A DNA stretch of 64,000 nucleotides. Source: Eledone cirrhosa. Lineage: Eukaryota. The stretch is from NCBI GenBank assembly GCA_964016885.1, contig OZ024740.1, positions 192,572,001-192,636,000 of the forward strand, given 5' to 3'. The notes below the pieces were generated by a model. That model was not told the origin of the DNA. It was given only the letters and a program-made list of their open reading frames with translations, and ran no database searches. Position numbers and translations under genes: made by a program. Positions 13,532 to 26,849 of the stretch are shown in pieces. Every line of letters begins with the position of its first letter. The first letter of the stretch is position 1.

Positions 13532-15250
13532 CGTCTTCGACGTATAACCATCGCCATTCCTTCGATAAGGAGGCCAAAAGGAAAAGTACGGCTCCCTCCG
13601 ACCTGATCTGGAAGCTTAAGCTGGACAGGACCACGTACTCTCTGACCTTATCCATAATCAGGAAAGTACCACCCGATAAAGGGAGTTCTTGCATATGCAA
13701 ACTATCTCTGAACGAGACCCTCGAGATACTAAGAGGTGGAAGCGGCCTGATAAACCTCAGAACCGACTTCTTCGGGACATGCAGACACCTCAGGGCCGGG
13801 ACCTTCCTCAAGATATATGGACAGTAGCAACACAATAAGATGTGAACTACCCTCAAGCTATAGGGACTTCTCCAGCATATGTAGACACCTCTCGGCCAAA
13901 CCTCCCTCAAGCTATATGAGCAGTAACAACACCATAGGTTGGGAACTCCCCTCAAGCCATAGGGACCAACCCAGACTGAGCAGACACCGTGATAGCCTAG
14001 AGATTGATTCTGACACAGCCTTTATAATTTGGCCAACATCTTTATAACACACACACATTTTAATTTACTTCATTTTTGATTTCTCAATTTTGATTTCTCA
14101 TTATTCATTTGTATTTGTTTACTGTTTTCTTCACTTTATCAGCTTATATTTATATTTAAGTTAAGATTGGTTATAACATACACACATTTTATTTGATTTT
14201 CCTATTTCGTTTTATTCTTTTACCATCTTGTCCTCCTACCAATCTATCCAACATATTTCTGACCTTGAGATTGGTTATATCACTCACACATTTTATCTTA
14301 TTTTATTTGAATCTTCATTTTATTTTTCACTTTTCATTTTCATTTTTCATTTTCCATATTCATTTTTCATTACTATTTCATCACATTTTCATTAATTTTT
14401 CATTTATTCTTTTTTATTATTTATTTTCTGTTTACTTCATTTTATTGCCTTCTATATCTTCATATACATGGCATCTCCCATCACCACCACCACGGGAGAT
14501 GGTGGCAGGAGGGATGAAGAAACACACACACACACAGATAATTCTAAATTGTCAACAACAGAAAGACATAAGCTGACCAGAACACCAACAACACTACCAA
14601 AATAAGGGTAGAGGTCAGATGTACTTAACAATAGCAAACACAAACACTAGAGGGAGTCTCACCCCAGAAAGAATTTCTATAGACTTTGGACTGAGGAATG
14701 CTCTCAAAACTGACCAATGGGAAGTTTGACCTTACAAATCTTTAAGAGATGGGTATAACACACACATTTTATTCGATTATTTTATTTTATTTTGTTCCTT
14801 TACCATCTTATTCCTTCTACCACTTTATCACTTTTGTTTTAGCTGACTCCAACAATAACACCACTACCAACACAAGAATAGAGGTCAGATGTACCTAACA
14901 ATAATAAGAACAACAACTACAGATTGGCTTGCCTCAGAACGAATTTCTATAGACTTTTGACTGGGGAATGTTCTAACAACTGACCAATGAGAGATGAAGA
15001 GGCCCTTGACGCTGAAATTCGTTTGTTTGAATTCATCTGATTCCAGTTCCTCAGTGAAATAACAACCCAACCAGGAACTGGGCATATCAGAGTATTGATA
15101 AAGTTATACACCTCAACAACACCAACACTAATTCTGACTGCCTGAAGAGGTCACAGCCAAAGATGGGTGTCACAGAAATATATATAGCAGTAATAAACGA
15201 AGCCAAATTTAAACATTTGACTTATTTATATTATTTTATTTTACATTACT
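13531..15250 (+). mobile_element. Penelope-like element 3' end (GIY-YIG C-terminus, repetitive 3' UTR, hammerhead)
   Basis: YNHRHSF...STAPSDLIWKLK...CICKLSLNETLEI...LINLRTDFFGTCRH* (stop at 13827) matches the PLE EN C-terminus. Internal repeats of about 100 bp (13780-13990) and about 150 bp (14571 vs 14841), then an HHR and AATAAA. Confidence 0.7.
15137..15191 (+). ncRNA. Type I hammerhead ribozyme motif
   Basis: ACTGC-CTGAAGAG-GTCACAGCC...GGGTGTCACA-GAAAT-ATAT-ATA-GCAGT, immediately followed by AATAAA; stem II is imperfect. Confidence 0.6.
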
Positions 15251-15397
15251 CCGGAGTAACCAAACCAACCTGCGCACTTTGTCGAATGCTCCAATATGCA
15301 TACTGAGGTGTTGGTATACAACCAACATATACTCAAAATATATATATATCGGTGCCCCAGCATGGCCTCAGCCGGATGGCTGAAACAGGTAAAAGAG

Positions 15398-15697
<300 letters not shown>

Positions 15698-16512
15698 AAA
15701 GTGATAGTGGACAGTTATCTAGTTACATAAGAAAATACGTAGAAACACAATTTCCTCCGTACAACTCTACCTACGGTTTTAAACTATTCCACTTATATAG
15801 GCCTGTATATGTATAGGCCTGTACAGCTTCTCTCTACATGCAGGGCATTGCAGCAACGCATGACAATTGACGCTATTTGATATATAACATACACCCAAAT
15901 ACCGTGAAATAACGTACTGTAAATGATGTATTGGAAGTAAGTATTTTCTATTTGCAATCAAATCCATTCAACGCTTCACATATCTGTACCTTAACATTTT
16001 CAAAGGCTCTATACGGCTATGCAAACATAACAAAAGGAATTCGATTGTTTCCTTTTATAGACAACGAATCTTTCCGATTATTTGCGACATCGCCTATCTC
16101 AATTTTTATATATATATAATTTGAGATATGCTTAAGGTTCATTGAGTAATATAAATAACGTCAGTCAAAGGAACACAATTTTCCTTCCATAAGAAAAGCA
16201 AATACGAACCATCATATTATCTGCAATTTGGAAATAGATTAGTTCGGCGGTTTTTGTCCTTATTTCCGTCCCTTTTTCCTTAGACTTGATCGTAAATAAA
16301 TAATTCAGCGTTTGACATTGCAATTATGTACAACTATATTCTACGAAAAGTCTCTCTTTCTCTTTATCTCCATCTATTCCCATAAACGCAGACCTACCTA
16401 CATGTGTAACATCCGTGTGTCAGAATTGTTTGGTATCATTTCTGACATAACTACTCTAACGCAAAATATAAAAAATATATATAAAATAGCTATATATACA
16501 CATATACATATA

Positions 16513-16543
<31 letters not shown>

Positions 16544-17209
16544 ATATATATAAAACAGATATACGTATATAAATATATATATATATACATATACATATAT
16601 ATAGATATATAGATATACATATGTATATATATACATATACATATGTATATATACATATACATATAGATATACATATACATATATATTTAACATATATATA
16701 ATATATATATATATATAATTGTGTGTGTATGTGTGTGTGTGTTTGCATGTGGGTATATGTTAACAACCTCCGTACTGTCTTAAGTGGCGATAATAACGTT
16801 ACTCCATTGACATTCTATTTTACACATAGCTTGACGTGATTGCTCTGAAGAACACGTCACGTTTGTGATTGTAAGCTTATTTATAGATAATATATTTACT
16901 GCCATTTTAAACCTTTCTGTATTCAAAATGCCTTGGGTCTAACAATAACAATATTATTTATGAAAGTCTAGTATCTTTTTCGGGATATGTATCTATTTGT
17001 AAATAATATATAATTTCATTTATTTATCCTGTCAATAGAGATGTAGAAAGGAAAATAAATGTGTTGATATATGCAGCTGTTTTTGCTAACAAAGCACATT
17101 TGTTATGAAATGCATTCCATCCATGACCATCCTATGTTCTACATATTACTTACATTTCTCTCCCTCTCTTTTTATCCCCACTCTCTATATTCCTTTCCCC
17201 GCCATGTAT

Positions 17210-17318
<109 letters not shown>

Positions 17319-17327
17319 TTTTTAATA

Positions 17328-18072
<745 letters not shown>

Positions 18073-19218
18073 TGCCTCCCACTCTCTCACAATTTGGTCT
18101 GGCAGTGGTGCATTTATGTAGCTAATGCACAGGCTTGATTATGTGCTGAAACTTTCATTTCCCAAACACATCGTCCGATATACTATTTCCAGTCCAAATG
18201 CGCAGCACATTCAAGAATACCTTTTTATTGTAAACTTACGGAAGCCAGAAAATTGTCAGTAAAAGTTAAAATTAGAACATTTTTTAGTCAATAACCTAAA
18301 TCAATGATTATGATATTTACCAATACTCAAATATTTACTTAACTGTGAATCTAGCCATCATAGTGATGCACTATAGAAGGATCATATGTGTGGTTGTTAT
18401 ATCTTCAAGAAATAGCAGCCTAATCTAACACTAATGACATCTTACTGTATTGAACTAAAAAGAAAGAATATAGTCAATACTGTAGACCTAAGAGGCTTTG
18501 ATCAGAAAACCACACGGATTTATAAAACCATATTAGAACACTGACTATAACACCTGACATTTTGTGGAACGTTGTTTGCTAAATTTTGTGCAAGGACAAA
18601 ACTATATTTTTCTGGAAGCGAATAATCAATTATATCGTCCCCACTTCTGTATTAGTACTTATTTTGTACGCGGTGTAATAGTATAAGAAGCAAGCCTGAA
18701 CCGGTAAAGGCTATGAAGACAGAAAACGAAAGGATTTCGGTTAATATTGAATTCTAAAATTCATATCGGATCTTGGTTGTCGGTTGAGAGTCCGATTATT
18801 TCAACACAACACGATATTCATTAGAAATGTTTACCCATCACAAAAGGATGAATAGTAGTGCTGTGCTTGCTAAATAGAGCATATAATTTAGCTCTTTCTA
18901 ATATAGTTAGTGTACTATTTCCCTAAAATAACAGACTACAAATCTGTTAACCGCAATATATTATGGAACAGGGAACATCACCAAGACAGAAAATGCAGAA
19001 CATATATATTTTATATACACTCCAGAAAGATATAATATATTTTCACGCAGTAGTAGCATGATATCACTGTCGCCGGGTACATAATTACAAATGCCCATGC
19101 AACCGTTCCTGCAGGATACCTTGCAAGCTTCCTCATTCGCAGGTTACCCTAATAAGGATGCATACACAACCATCATACACACCAACAAATCCACACATAA
19201 ACCACAAACATACACACG

Positions 19219-19298
<80 letters not shown>

Positions 19299-19324
19299 AA
19301 TATATATATATATAAATATATGTA

Positions 19325-19414
<90 letters not shown>

Positions 19415-19418
<4 letters not shown>

Positions 19419-19556
19419 AACCAGTAAGACCCCGACGGCTGAGCTCAAGCCGTTTCGACAGCTAATTCTGGACTCAGAATTAGCCGTCGAAATTCTGGTC
19501 CAGAATTAGCGTTCGAAACGGCTTGAGCTCAGCCGTCGGGGTCTTACTGGCTCCTA
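19415..19556. repeat. Palindrome built from two head-to-head hammerhead 3' halves
   Basis: ccagtaagaccccgacggctgagctcaagccgtttcga ... tcgaaacggcttgagctcagccgtcggggtcttactgg. Confidence 0.85.
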
Positions 19557-19633
19557 TTACCCACTCTACTACCCTAAGTATTGAGTACTTTGGTGCGTTA
19601 TGGTCCACCTGGTTCCTTACCACATTTCCTTCG

Positions 19634-19682
<49 letters not shown>

Positions 19683-19703
19683 TAAGTGTATATATATATA
19701 TAA

Positions 19704-19820
<117 letters not shown>

Positions 19821-19822
19821 AT

Positions 19823-19882
<60 letters not shown>

Positions 19883-19933
19883 AGCAAATTATAAACATGT
19901 AAGTATGTTTTTGAAACGGTGCGCGAGATTGAA

Positions 19934-20151
19934 ATTAGAAATTAGAAATTATAAGCTATCACCGTATTTCAGACTAAAGACATTTCTAGCCTGATAGTGG
20001 GGTTTATAACCCTCGGAGAAATGGAAAAAGATGTGTGTTAACGTCAACACTCATCTTTTTCCAGTTCTCCGAGGGTTATAAACCCAACTATCAGGCTAGA
20101 AATTTCTTTAGTCTAAAATACGGTGAAAGCTTATAATTTCTAATTTCTAAT
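19934..20151. repeat. Near-perfect foldback palindrome (arms about 105 bp, essentially no spacer)
   Basis: attagaaattagaaattataagct...ggaaaagatg.gtgtt / aacactcatcttttcc...agcttataatttctaatttctaat. Confidence 0.9.
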
Positions 20152-20259
20152 ATATATATATATGAGAAAAATGGAGAGCTGCTTGGTTTCACATGGGTTA
20201 CATATGAATAACATTAGTCCTTCCACAGTGATCTTCCAACTTTCATTGGTATTTCATCG

Positions 20260-20301
<42 letters not shown>

Positions 20302-20519
20302 TAAGTTAAAAATGTACATCCGCATATGTATACTGAAATACTAGTATGCATATGAATACACACACGTATACATATGTAGATGTACCAAGTCTTTCACTGG
20401 TTACTTTACTGTGAGTATCCAGCTATTCTGTATGTAAACACACAGACAAACCGGTTTTTAGAGTCATACTGGTTTTTGAGGAAACACCTTTCCTCTATTC
20501 TCCAGAAAGCCAGACAAGG

Positions 20520-20564
20520 AATATTGAACTAGTTTCGTTGTTGTTACAACTCATCAGCAATATT
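20520..20564 (-). ncRNA. Minimal type I hammerhead ribozyme (copy 1)
   Basis: Minus strand AATATTG-CTGATGA-GTTGT(AACA)ACAAC-GAAAC-TA-GTT-CAATATT; 7-bp stem I, 5-bp stem II, palindromic AACTAGTT stem III. Confidence 0.85.
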
Positions 20565-20985
20565 TACTTATCTACCGGCCTTTCTGGAGAATCGTAAAAG
20601 CACATATCGTTATATGCTTTTTCAATGAAAATTAATAGTGGGCAGACTAATTTGCATAGAGTGTGAGTACGTACCGGTTCAACGGAGACGATAAAAACAA
20701 ATAACGAAACGAAATTAAATTTCGTTTCGTTTGTAACTCACATTTGTATGACTGACGCTTAAACAATTAAGTTAAAAATGTACATCCGCATATGTATACT
20801 GAAATACTAGTATGCATATGAATACACACACGTATACATATGTAGATGTACCAATTCGTTCACTGGTTACTTTACTGTGAGTATCCAGCTATTCTGTATG
20901 TAAACACACAGACAAACCGGTTTTTAGAGTCATACTGGTTTTTGAGGAAACACCTTTCCTCTATTCTCCAGAAAGCCAGACAAGG

Positions 20986-21030
20986 AATATTGAACTAGTT
21001 TCGTTGTTGTTACAACTCATCAGCAATATT
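20986..21030 (-). ncRNA. Minimal type I hammerhead ribozyme (copy 2)
   Basis: Identical motif to 20520-20564, offset by 466 bp. Confidence 0.85.
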
Positions 21031-21146
21031 TACCTATCTACCGGCCTTTCTGGAGAATCGTAAAAGCACATATCGTTATATGCTTTTTCTATGAAAATTA
21101 GTTTGTTTTTATATATTTGTTTTTATATATATATATATATATTTAC

Positions 21147-21340
21147 AAAGAAAAAAAGATGAAATCGAAAATGCATCTGGAGTCTTATTTTAAAAAATAT
21201 ATATATATTTAGTTGATTCTTTTACCGGTTTTTGAAAAGCAGAAGAACTGCGAAACCGGTAAAGGAACCAAATAAATATATATAAATTTAAAAAAAAATA
21301 AGACTCCAGTTGCATTTTCGATTTCATCTCTTTTTCTTTA
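21147..21340. repeat. Inverted repeat centred on a degenerate hammerhead core
   Basis: gatgaaatcgaaaatgca.ctggagtcttatttt vs aaaataagactccag.tgcattttcgatttcatc; the centre reads TTGAAAA-GCAG(AAGAA)CTGC-GAAAC-CG-GTA. Confidence 0.8.
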
Positions 21341-21659
21341 TACTTTCACTCGTGTAGGACACCTCGGTTATTTTTCATTTTGATCCTGGGTGCTAATATG
21401 AGATATGTAGGTATAATTGTGTGATCCTAAAGAATAAACAACAGCAAAGACGAGATTGATTTATGGGCTGACAAGATAACTGGTAAATGTTTGTAGACAT
21501 TGCCGTCCTATCTTGGTGGTATAGATGTAGGGAGGCTGGAAGGTGTTTATAGAAGTTTATGGTTCTGAAATAGGCTGTGTGAGAACGTGGATTTTATACG
21601 TTAAAGTTTAAGTGGTTTTCCATTAATTTTGGGGATGCTGGTTCTAATCATGGTGGTTT

Positions 21660-22375
21660 AACTCTCGTAAATTTAGTAGCAATCCTATGTCTGCAGAAAA
21701 TTGACCTTTCTATTTTGCTGTTAAGTAGCATGTTATCGTACTGTATGATATGTAACAATTCAAGGTTGCAGAGCCTGCAATGGGACATACCGCTGCTATG
21801 GGCCTATGCGGCCGCTAGTTTTGACCAGCTATAATGTAATCAAGGTCTTTGTCCTTAAGTTGCCAGATTTTATTGGCGAGGATTGTAGAATTCACCAGTG
21901 CGCGGTTCTTCATTGAATGTCTGTGGACATACCACCTTTGTTTAAAATCACCCCCAGTGGATCCTAAGAACTGCCATGTGGAGTTGCCCGAGTTTACAGT
22001 ACACATGTACGCTAAGCTAGAATCTAGGCACCTATTCCCTAATGGGCACTTATCTGGTAGGTGGCAATTGCAGTTTGAGTTATTATTCCATGCAGCTTTC
22101 ACTTTGCGGTTTTGTTATGTGTGGGTTGAAATTGATGCCTATTGAATTTTTGCTGGGGTGTGTTCAGAAGCGTTTGTGGTTGTGATACTATTATGTGTTT
22201 GTGTTTTGTATTTGGTGCTATGTTGTGTATTGGTGGGGTAATTTCCTTAGAGATATTTTTCTGGTTGATCTTACGTATGTGCGATTCTATGTTGGCTGCA
22301 GTTGAGTATGGAAGTTTTATAGTTTTTCTATTGAAGATTTTATGGTATCCTATGCGAGGTAGATTGAGTATTTGA
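21660..22375 (-). mobile_element. Decayed Penelope-like element (thumb linker and GIY-YIG)
   Basis: KIFNRKTIKLPYS; CNCHLPDKCPLGNRCLDSSLAYMCTV...FLGSTGGDFKQRWYVHRHS...IWQLK. Confidence 0.85.
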
Positions 22376-23229
22376 GTTAAGGGTCCATATGACGGGAAAA
22401 CGCACATACTGACACCTTAACTCAAATACCCAACCCTACACACAGCCCCTTGGTGGCCTACATGGCGTTTGCTTGCACGCACAGATTTGAGGACTCAGAT
22501 TCTCAATGGGACAACGACACAGACAGAGTTCGATATGAGCTGACTACTTGCTCTTCACATGGATGTGTATATACCAAAACATACACTTTTTAGACGATAC
22601 GGATGTGTATATACCAAAATATACACTATTTACAATTCAATAGATACACGTATAGCAGAACATTGAACTGAATTTACTTGCGTGTGTATAGAGTTGCGGT
22701 TGACACAATTTCTCCAATTTACATCGTCAAATGGACATTTGACCAATATAACATTTGTTGTTTTGTAAACTAACTTTTGGTGAATACTATGTTGGTTTGT
22801 ATATATATATTTTTTTCTTCGACATCACGTCGGTGTGTGTGAGTGGGTGTGTACTGACTCACACTAACTGTGACCGAGTGTAATTCTAAAGATTTGATGT
22901 TGAGATTAGACCGGTCCAGCGTCTTTTACAGCTATTGAGAGATAGAGAGTTGATAGCTGTATGACCCTAACTGAAGACGATAGCAGCCATCGTGTTTTGG
23001 CTGCTTAATCTTCATATGGGGGACAAAACTCTAGTGATTGAACATCATTAGATTTTCTCCCTCATATCAAGGATTTGAAAACAATTCATTTTAACCTGAC
23101 GAGTTCAGTGATAATCGATCATGACCGCACGATGGATCTATCTCTTATTGAAATATGTGTCGTGATTAAAATGATTGGAAATGTGTACCATGCCTTCGGA
23201 TCTTTATTTTGATATATATATATATATAC

Positions 23230-23341
<112 letters not shown>

Positions 23342-23689
23342 ATGTGCGTGTGTTTATGTGTGTGTGTGTGTGTGTATGTATGTGTGTATATATAGGGAGA
23401 CGCAAAGTAGTATTTGTTTTAAAACGGGTAGCGAATTTGAAAAGTACTAAGGACATGCATTTGAAAACCTTTTTTCCATTCAGCGGGTTTTCTAAAGTCA
23501 CAACTAACAGACTAATTCTACTTAGTCCAATGCGGCGTAAGCACATGTTACAATACATAAATATATATATAACCTAAACGTTTGAATATGTATAATAAAG
23601 CCAAAACAATGCAGGTATGGACATAGAAAAAAGAATGCAATTGCAAAAGATATTGTTGACAATTCGTCTTTTACCTTAGATTTATTTAA

Positions 23690-24682
23690 ATGTCTTTAAT
23701 TTTCGAGATAATATCTCTTCTTCAGAGGGAAATAAATGTTTCAAACCAGCCTTCTAAATATCTTGCCAAGCCATGCTGACAGGAAATAGTATAGAGTATC
23801 TGTTCTATATCTAATGTCAAAGAGTTAAAATTAGGTGGATAAAGAGTAGTCTCCTTTTAAAAGAGGTTTGTTTAGGGTTCTTCTTTTATATATACATGCC
23901 TGTTTAAGTGTGTGGGAGAATGCATGAAGGTGTAAGTATGTGAGTGTGTGTGTGTGAGTGTGGGAAGATAAGTCTATTCGTAAATGTGGGGGATAGGTGT
24001 TATCTGGTGTTAGAACTGGTTTTGTGTGTGTGTATGTGTGAGAGAGAATAAGTGGAGGCGTAAGCGTGTGTGTGTGTGGGGGGGGTGTAAATATGGGGCT
24101 AGAAGCCCTATCAGGTTATAAATTGGGTGTTGAGTTCTAGTCTATTATTGATTGGTGGTCGTGTTTTATCTATAATTAGTGCTTCTTTAATTCTAAGATT
24201 GCCGAGGTTTCTTTCCTTAGTTTCTATCCTAACTGTTATGGTTTTGTCGGTGTTTTTGCATTTAACTAGGTGTTTCTTAAATGAGGAAGCGTTAGTATTG
24301 AGGTGTTCTTTTATTCTTATGTCGAGTGGTCTGGTGGTGCTACCTACGTAGACGTTGTTGCATTTGTCACACTCTAGTCTGTATACGACGTAAGCCTGGT
24401 GGCATAGGCCTGTGTCGTTGATGGGGCAGTTGGCTAGTCTGCAGCAGTTGTCATGTCTGGTGGAGTGTCTTTTGGTTAGCTGTCCGCGTAGAGAAGGACC
24501 TGAGTGGGCCAGTTGGATATCTAGTCCCTCTGGTCTGATGGCTCTACGGATGGCTGTTGTTGTTTCTTCACTGAAGTGTGGGAACTTCAGGAAGCAAGTG
24601 TTAGTGCCTCGGGTGTGGTGTCCTCTGTTCTTTCTGGCACGGTTTGTGGTGGATGTCGTGTATCCGTTCAGTTTAAGTACTG
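23690..24682 (-). mobile_element. Penelope-like element 3' end with open GIY-YIG frame and downstream hammerhead remnant
   Basis: ORF 24111-24682: VVYRLECDKCNNVYVGSTTRPLDIRIKEH...LRIKEALII...PPINNR. Remnant CTGAAGA-AGAGAT(ATT)ATCTC-GAAA at about 23700-23726 on the minus strand. Confidence 0.85.
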
Positions 24683-24878
24683 TATATAACCGTTTTAAAG
24701 TTATCACTATGTTTCAGAAAATTTGCCATTGCGAGCGCATCATGTATTTAAATTGTGCCCAGCTGCTATTACATACATATAATGAGCACTTACCTGTGAT
24801 ATTTTAATTTGTGTTTCGTTAATGATTTAAATCACACATTTTCTGAAACATGGTGATAACATTAAAACAGTTATATAT
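24683..24878. mobile_element. MITE-like element with about 40-bp terminal inverted repeats in a TA context
   Basis: tatataaccgttttaaagttatcactatgtttcagaaaat ... attttctgaaacatggtgataacattaaaacagttatata. Confidence 0.65.
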
Positions 24879-25954
24879 ATTTACGTGTTGTAACATATAT
24901 ATATATATATATATATTCTATTGATTGGTTAATTATTTATGTTTGTTTAATAACATCTAGTTGAAAGTAATATTCGGTATGTGGAATGGAATTAATTCCT
25001 TTGTTCACACTTTGAATTTGCCCGCTAAAAATCGGGGGTTATTTCCCTTTGGGGAATAGCACGTGATGGCCAGTGGTTTACTACTACGCTTCACACCGGT
25101 TCGAGGCACAGAACAGAAGCCTGTCGATAACGTGAGTCGACAGTTCTTTCATCGAATACCACAAACTTGCATACAGCGGAGGTAGGATTGTTGATTTCAG
25201 TTTCATAGAAAGCTATAGGAGGTATTGCCTAATATCGATCGAGATGGTCCAGATTTGTTTGTCAATACCTGATTGGTCTTTTTGTTGCTTTGGTTTCACG
25301 TGGCAGGGTTCATCGGTCGCAGTTTTCAATTCGTCAAGCTATCTAACGTATGTTATTTCTGTAAGGTGGCACAACCTTATCGAGTGCTTTGCAGCACATT
25401 CCTAATTGTAGATCGTTAGCTTGGACACAGCCAAAACTTCGATTTTACTAAACTTTCATGTGTGTATAGATATATATATATATTTATATAAAAAATATAA
25501 TTTGAGTTAAAGACTAACAATAGTCCCTTATAATCGAATTATCTCAAGGAAAGATTTTAACGCACATGTGTTATGAGAGAAATCACATGGATAGTGCGTT
25601 ATTTAGTCTTCTAAGAAATTTAGTAGTGAGGAGATTACTGGTCACGAGTATCCATTGAACATTATCGGACCCATATTTCTCTTCACTGATTTGGGAAACA
25701 GTTCTACCCGTAAGCTCTCTGGATACGTGATAGTTGTCATAGTAGGTTTGTATATCTCGATTTATCCTTTTAATTGAGTTCTCTGTATAATACTTTTTTA
25801 GTCAGTATTTTCTATACTCTGGCGTTTCCTATCGCTTCTAGTATGAACGCATATAGTTATATATCGGTGGTCTTCTCTCTTTACTGTGTTATATATATAT
25901 TTATATATATATATGTGTGTGTGTCTGTGTCTGTGTCTGTGAGTGGTGGGTGTA

Positions 25955-25991
<37 letters not shown>

Positions 25992-26354
25992 ATGTGTGTG
26001 TGTGTGTGCGCGTGCGTGCGTCTGTATGCATGTGTGTATGTGTGTAAACATATATGACATACACGCACAGAAAAAATCATATGTATGTGTGTGCGCGCGC
26101 ATGTGTGTGTATATATATATATATACGGGGGGATTAGAAAATATACTTTACATAAACGCACAGTAAAATCCTATATATGTGAGTGCGTGTATATATCTGT
26201 GTGTTTCTCACCCTGTTTGTCTTCATGCGCCAAATTTGATTGATAGAATATGTACTAAACAAAAGAATCGTTCGACTTTCGTCAAATCGGACCGAGGAAA
26301 CAATTTATTTCGTCGGTCTTTCCAGTTGTTAGTACTATCTATTAGTCGCAACTC

Positions 26355-26484
26355 CAGGTAGAAGGAGCAACGTGAAATAAAGTGTCTTGCTCAAGGACAT
26401 AACGCATCGCCCGGTCGAGGAATCGAACTCACAACCTGAAGATTGTAAACCCGATTCTCTAACAGCTCAGCCACACGCCTTCAC
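26355..26484 (-). mobile_element. tRNA-derived SINE 5' part (CORE-like)
   Basis: Minus strand: A-box-like gtggctgagctgttagag, B box gagttcgattcc, then tgtccttgagcaagacactttatttcac. Confidence 0.7.
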
Positions 26485-26849
26485 ATGTACTAAATATGTA
26501 CTAAATATGACAAAAATATATACAGTTTTCAATATGGTCGACAGAATCAACCTGTTTCTCTAGCATGACCACAGTCTAATGACTGACACTAGTAGAACTA
26601 AAGATATTTCCAACAGGAAAATCAAGTACAGTATCGTTGGAAATTAACAGATGTTATCTACAGATGGTATAGCATATGTTATAAGCACTTAAATCTTTAA
26701 AATCTTAAAGTGAAATTATTTAGGATTATAATTGGAAATTACAAATATAAACAATTTGCTGATATACTTATACATTTAACTTGACTAAGACAACCCTAAT
26801 CCCTGATGTTCTGACTCTTTTGGAAAGAAAATGGATCCTAAGAAAATTA

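Larger units (their letters stand above)
20297..21100 (-). mobile_element. Retrozyme/PLE-pLTR-like tandem repeat, 466-bp period, about 1.7 copies, each with a hammerhead
   Basis: 20297-20636 is nearly identical to 20763-21100; the array is flanked by TA tracts and has no coding capacity. Confidence 0.8.

Noticed and set aside
13780-15000. Spaced direct repeats that superficially resemble an array or CRISPR
   Set aside because: The units are long (100-150 bp), diverged, present in only two copies each and lie in a PLE 3' UTR. The context is eukaryotic with no cas genes.
22558-22630. Tandem duplication of about 40 bp (ggatgtgtatataccaaaa.atacact)
   Set aside because: An ordinary local slippage duplication.
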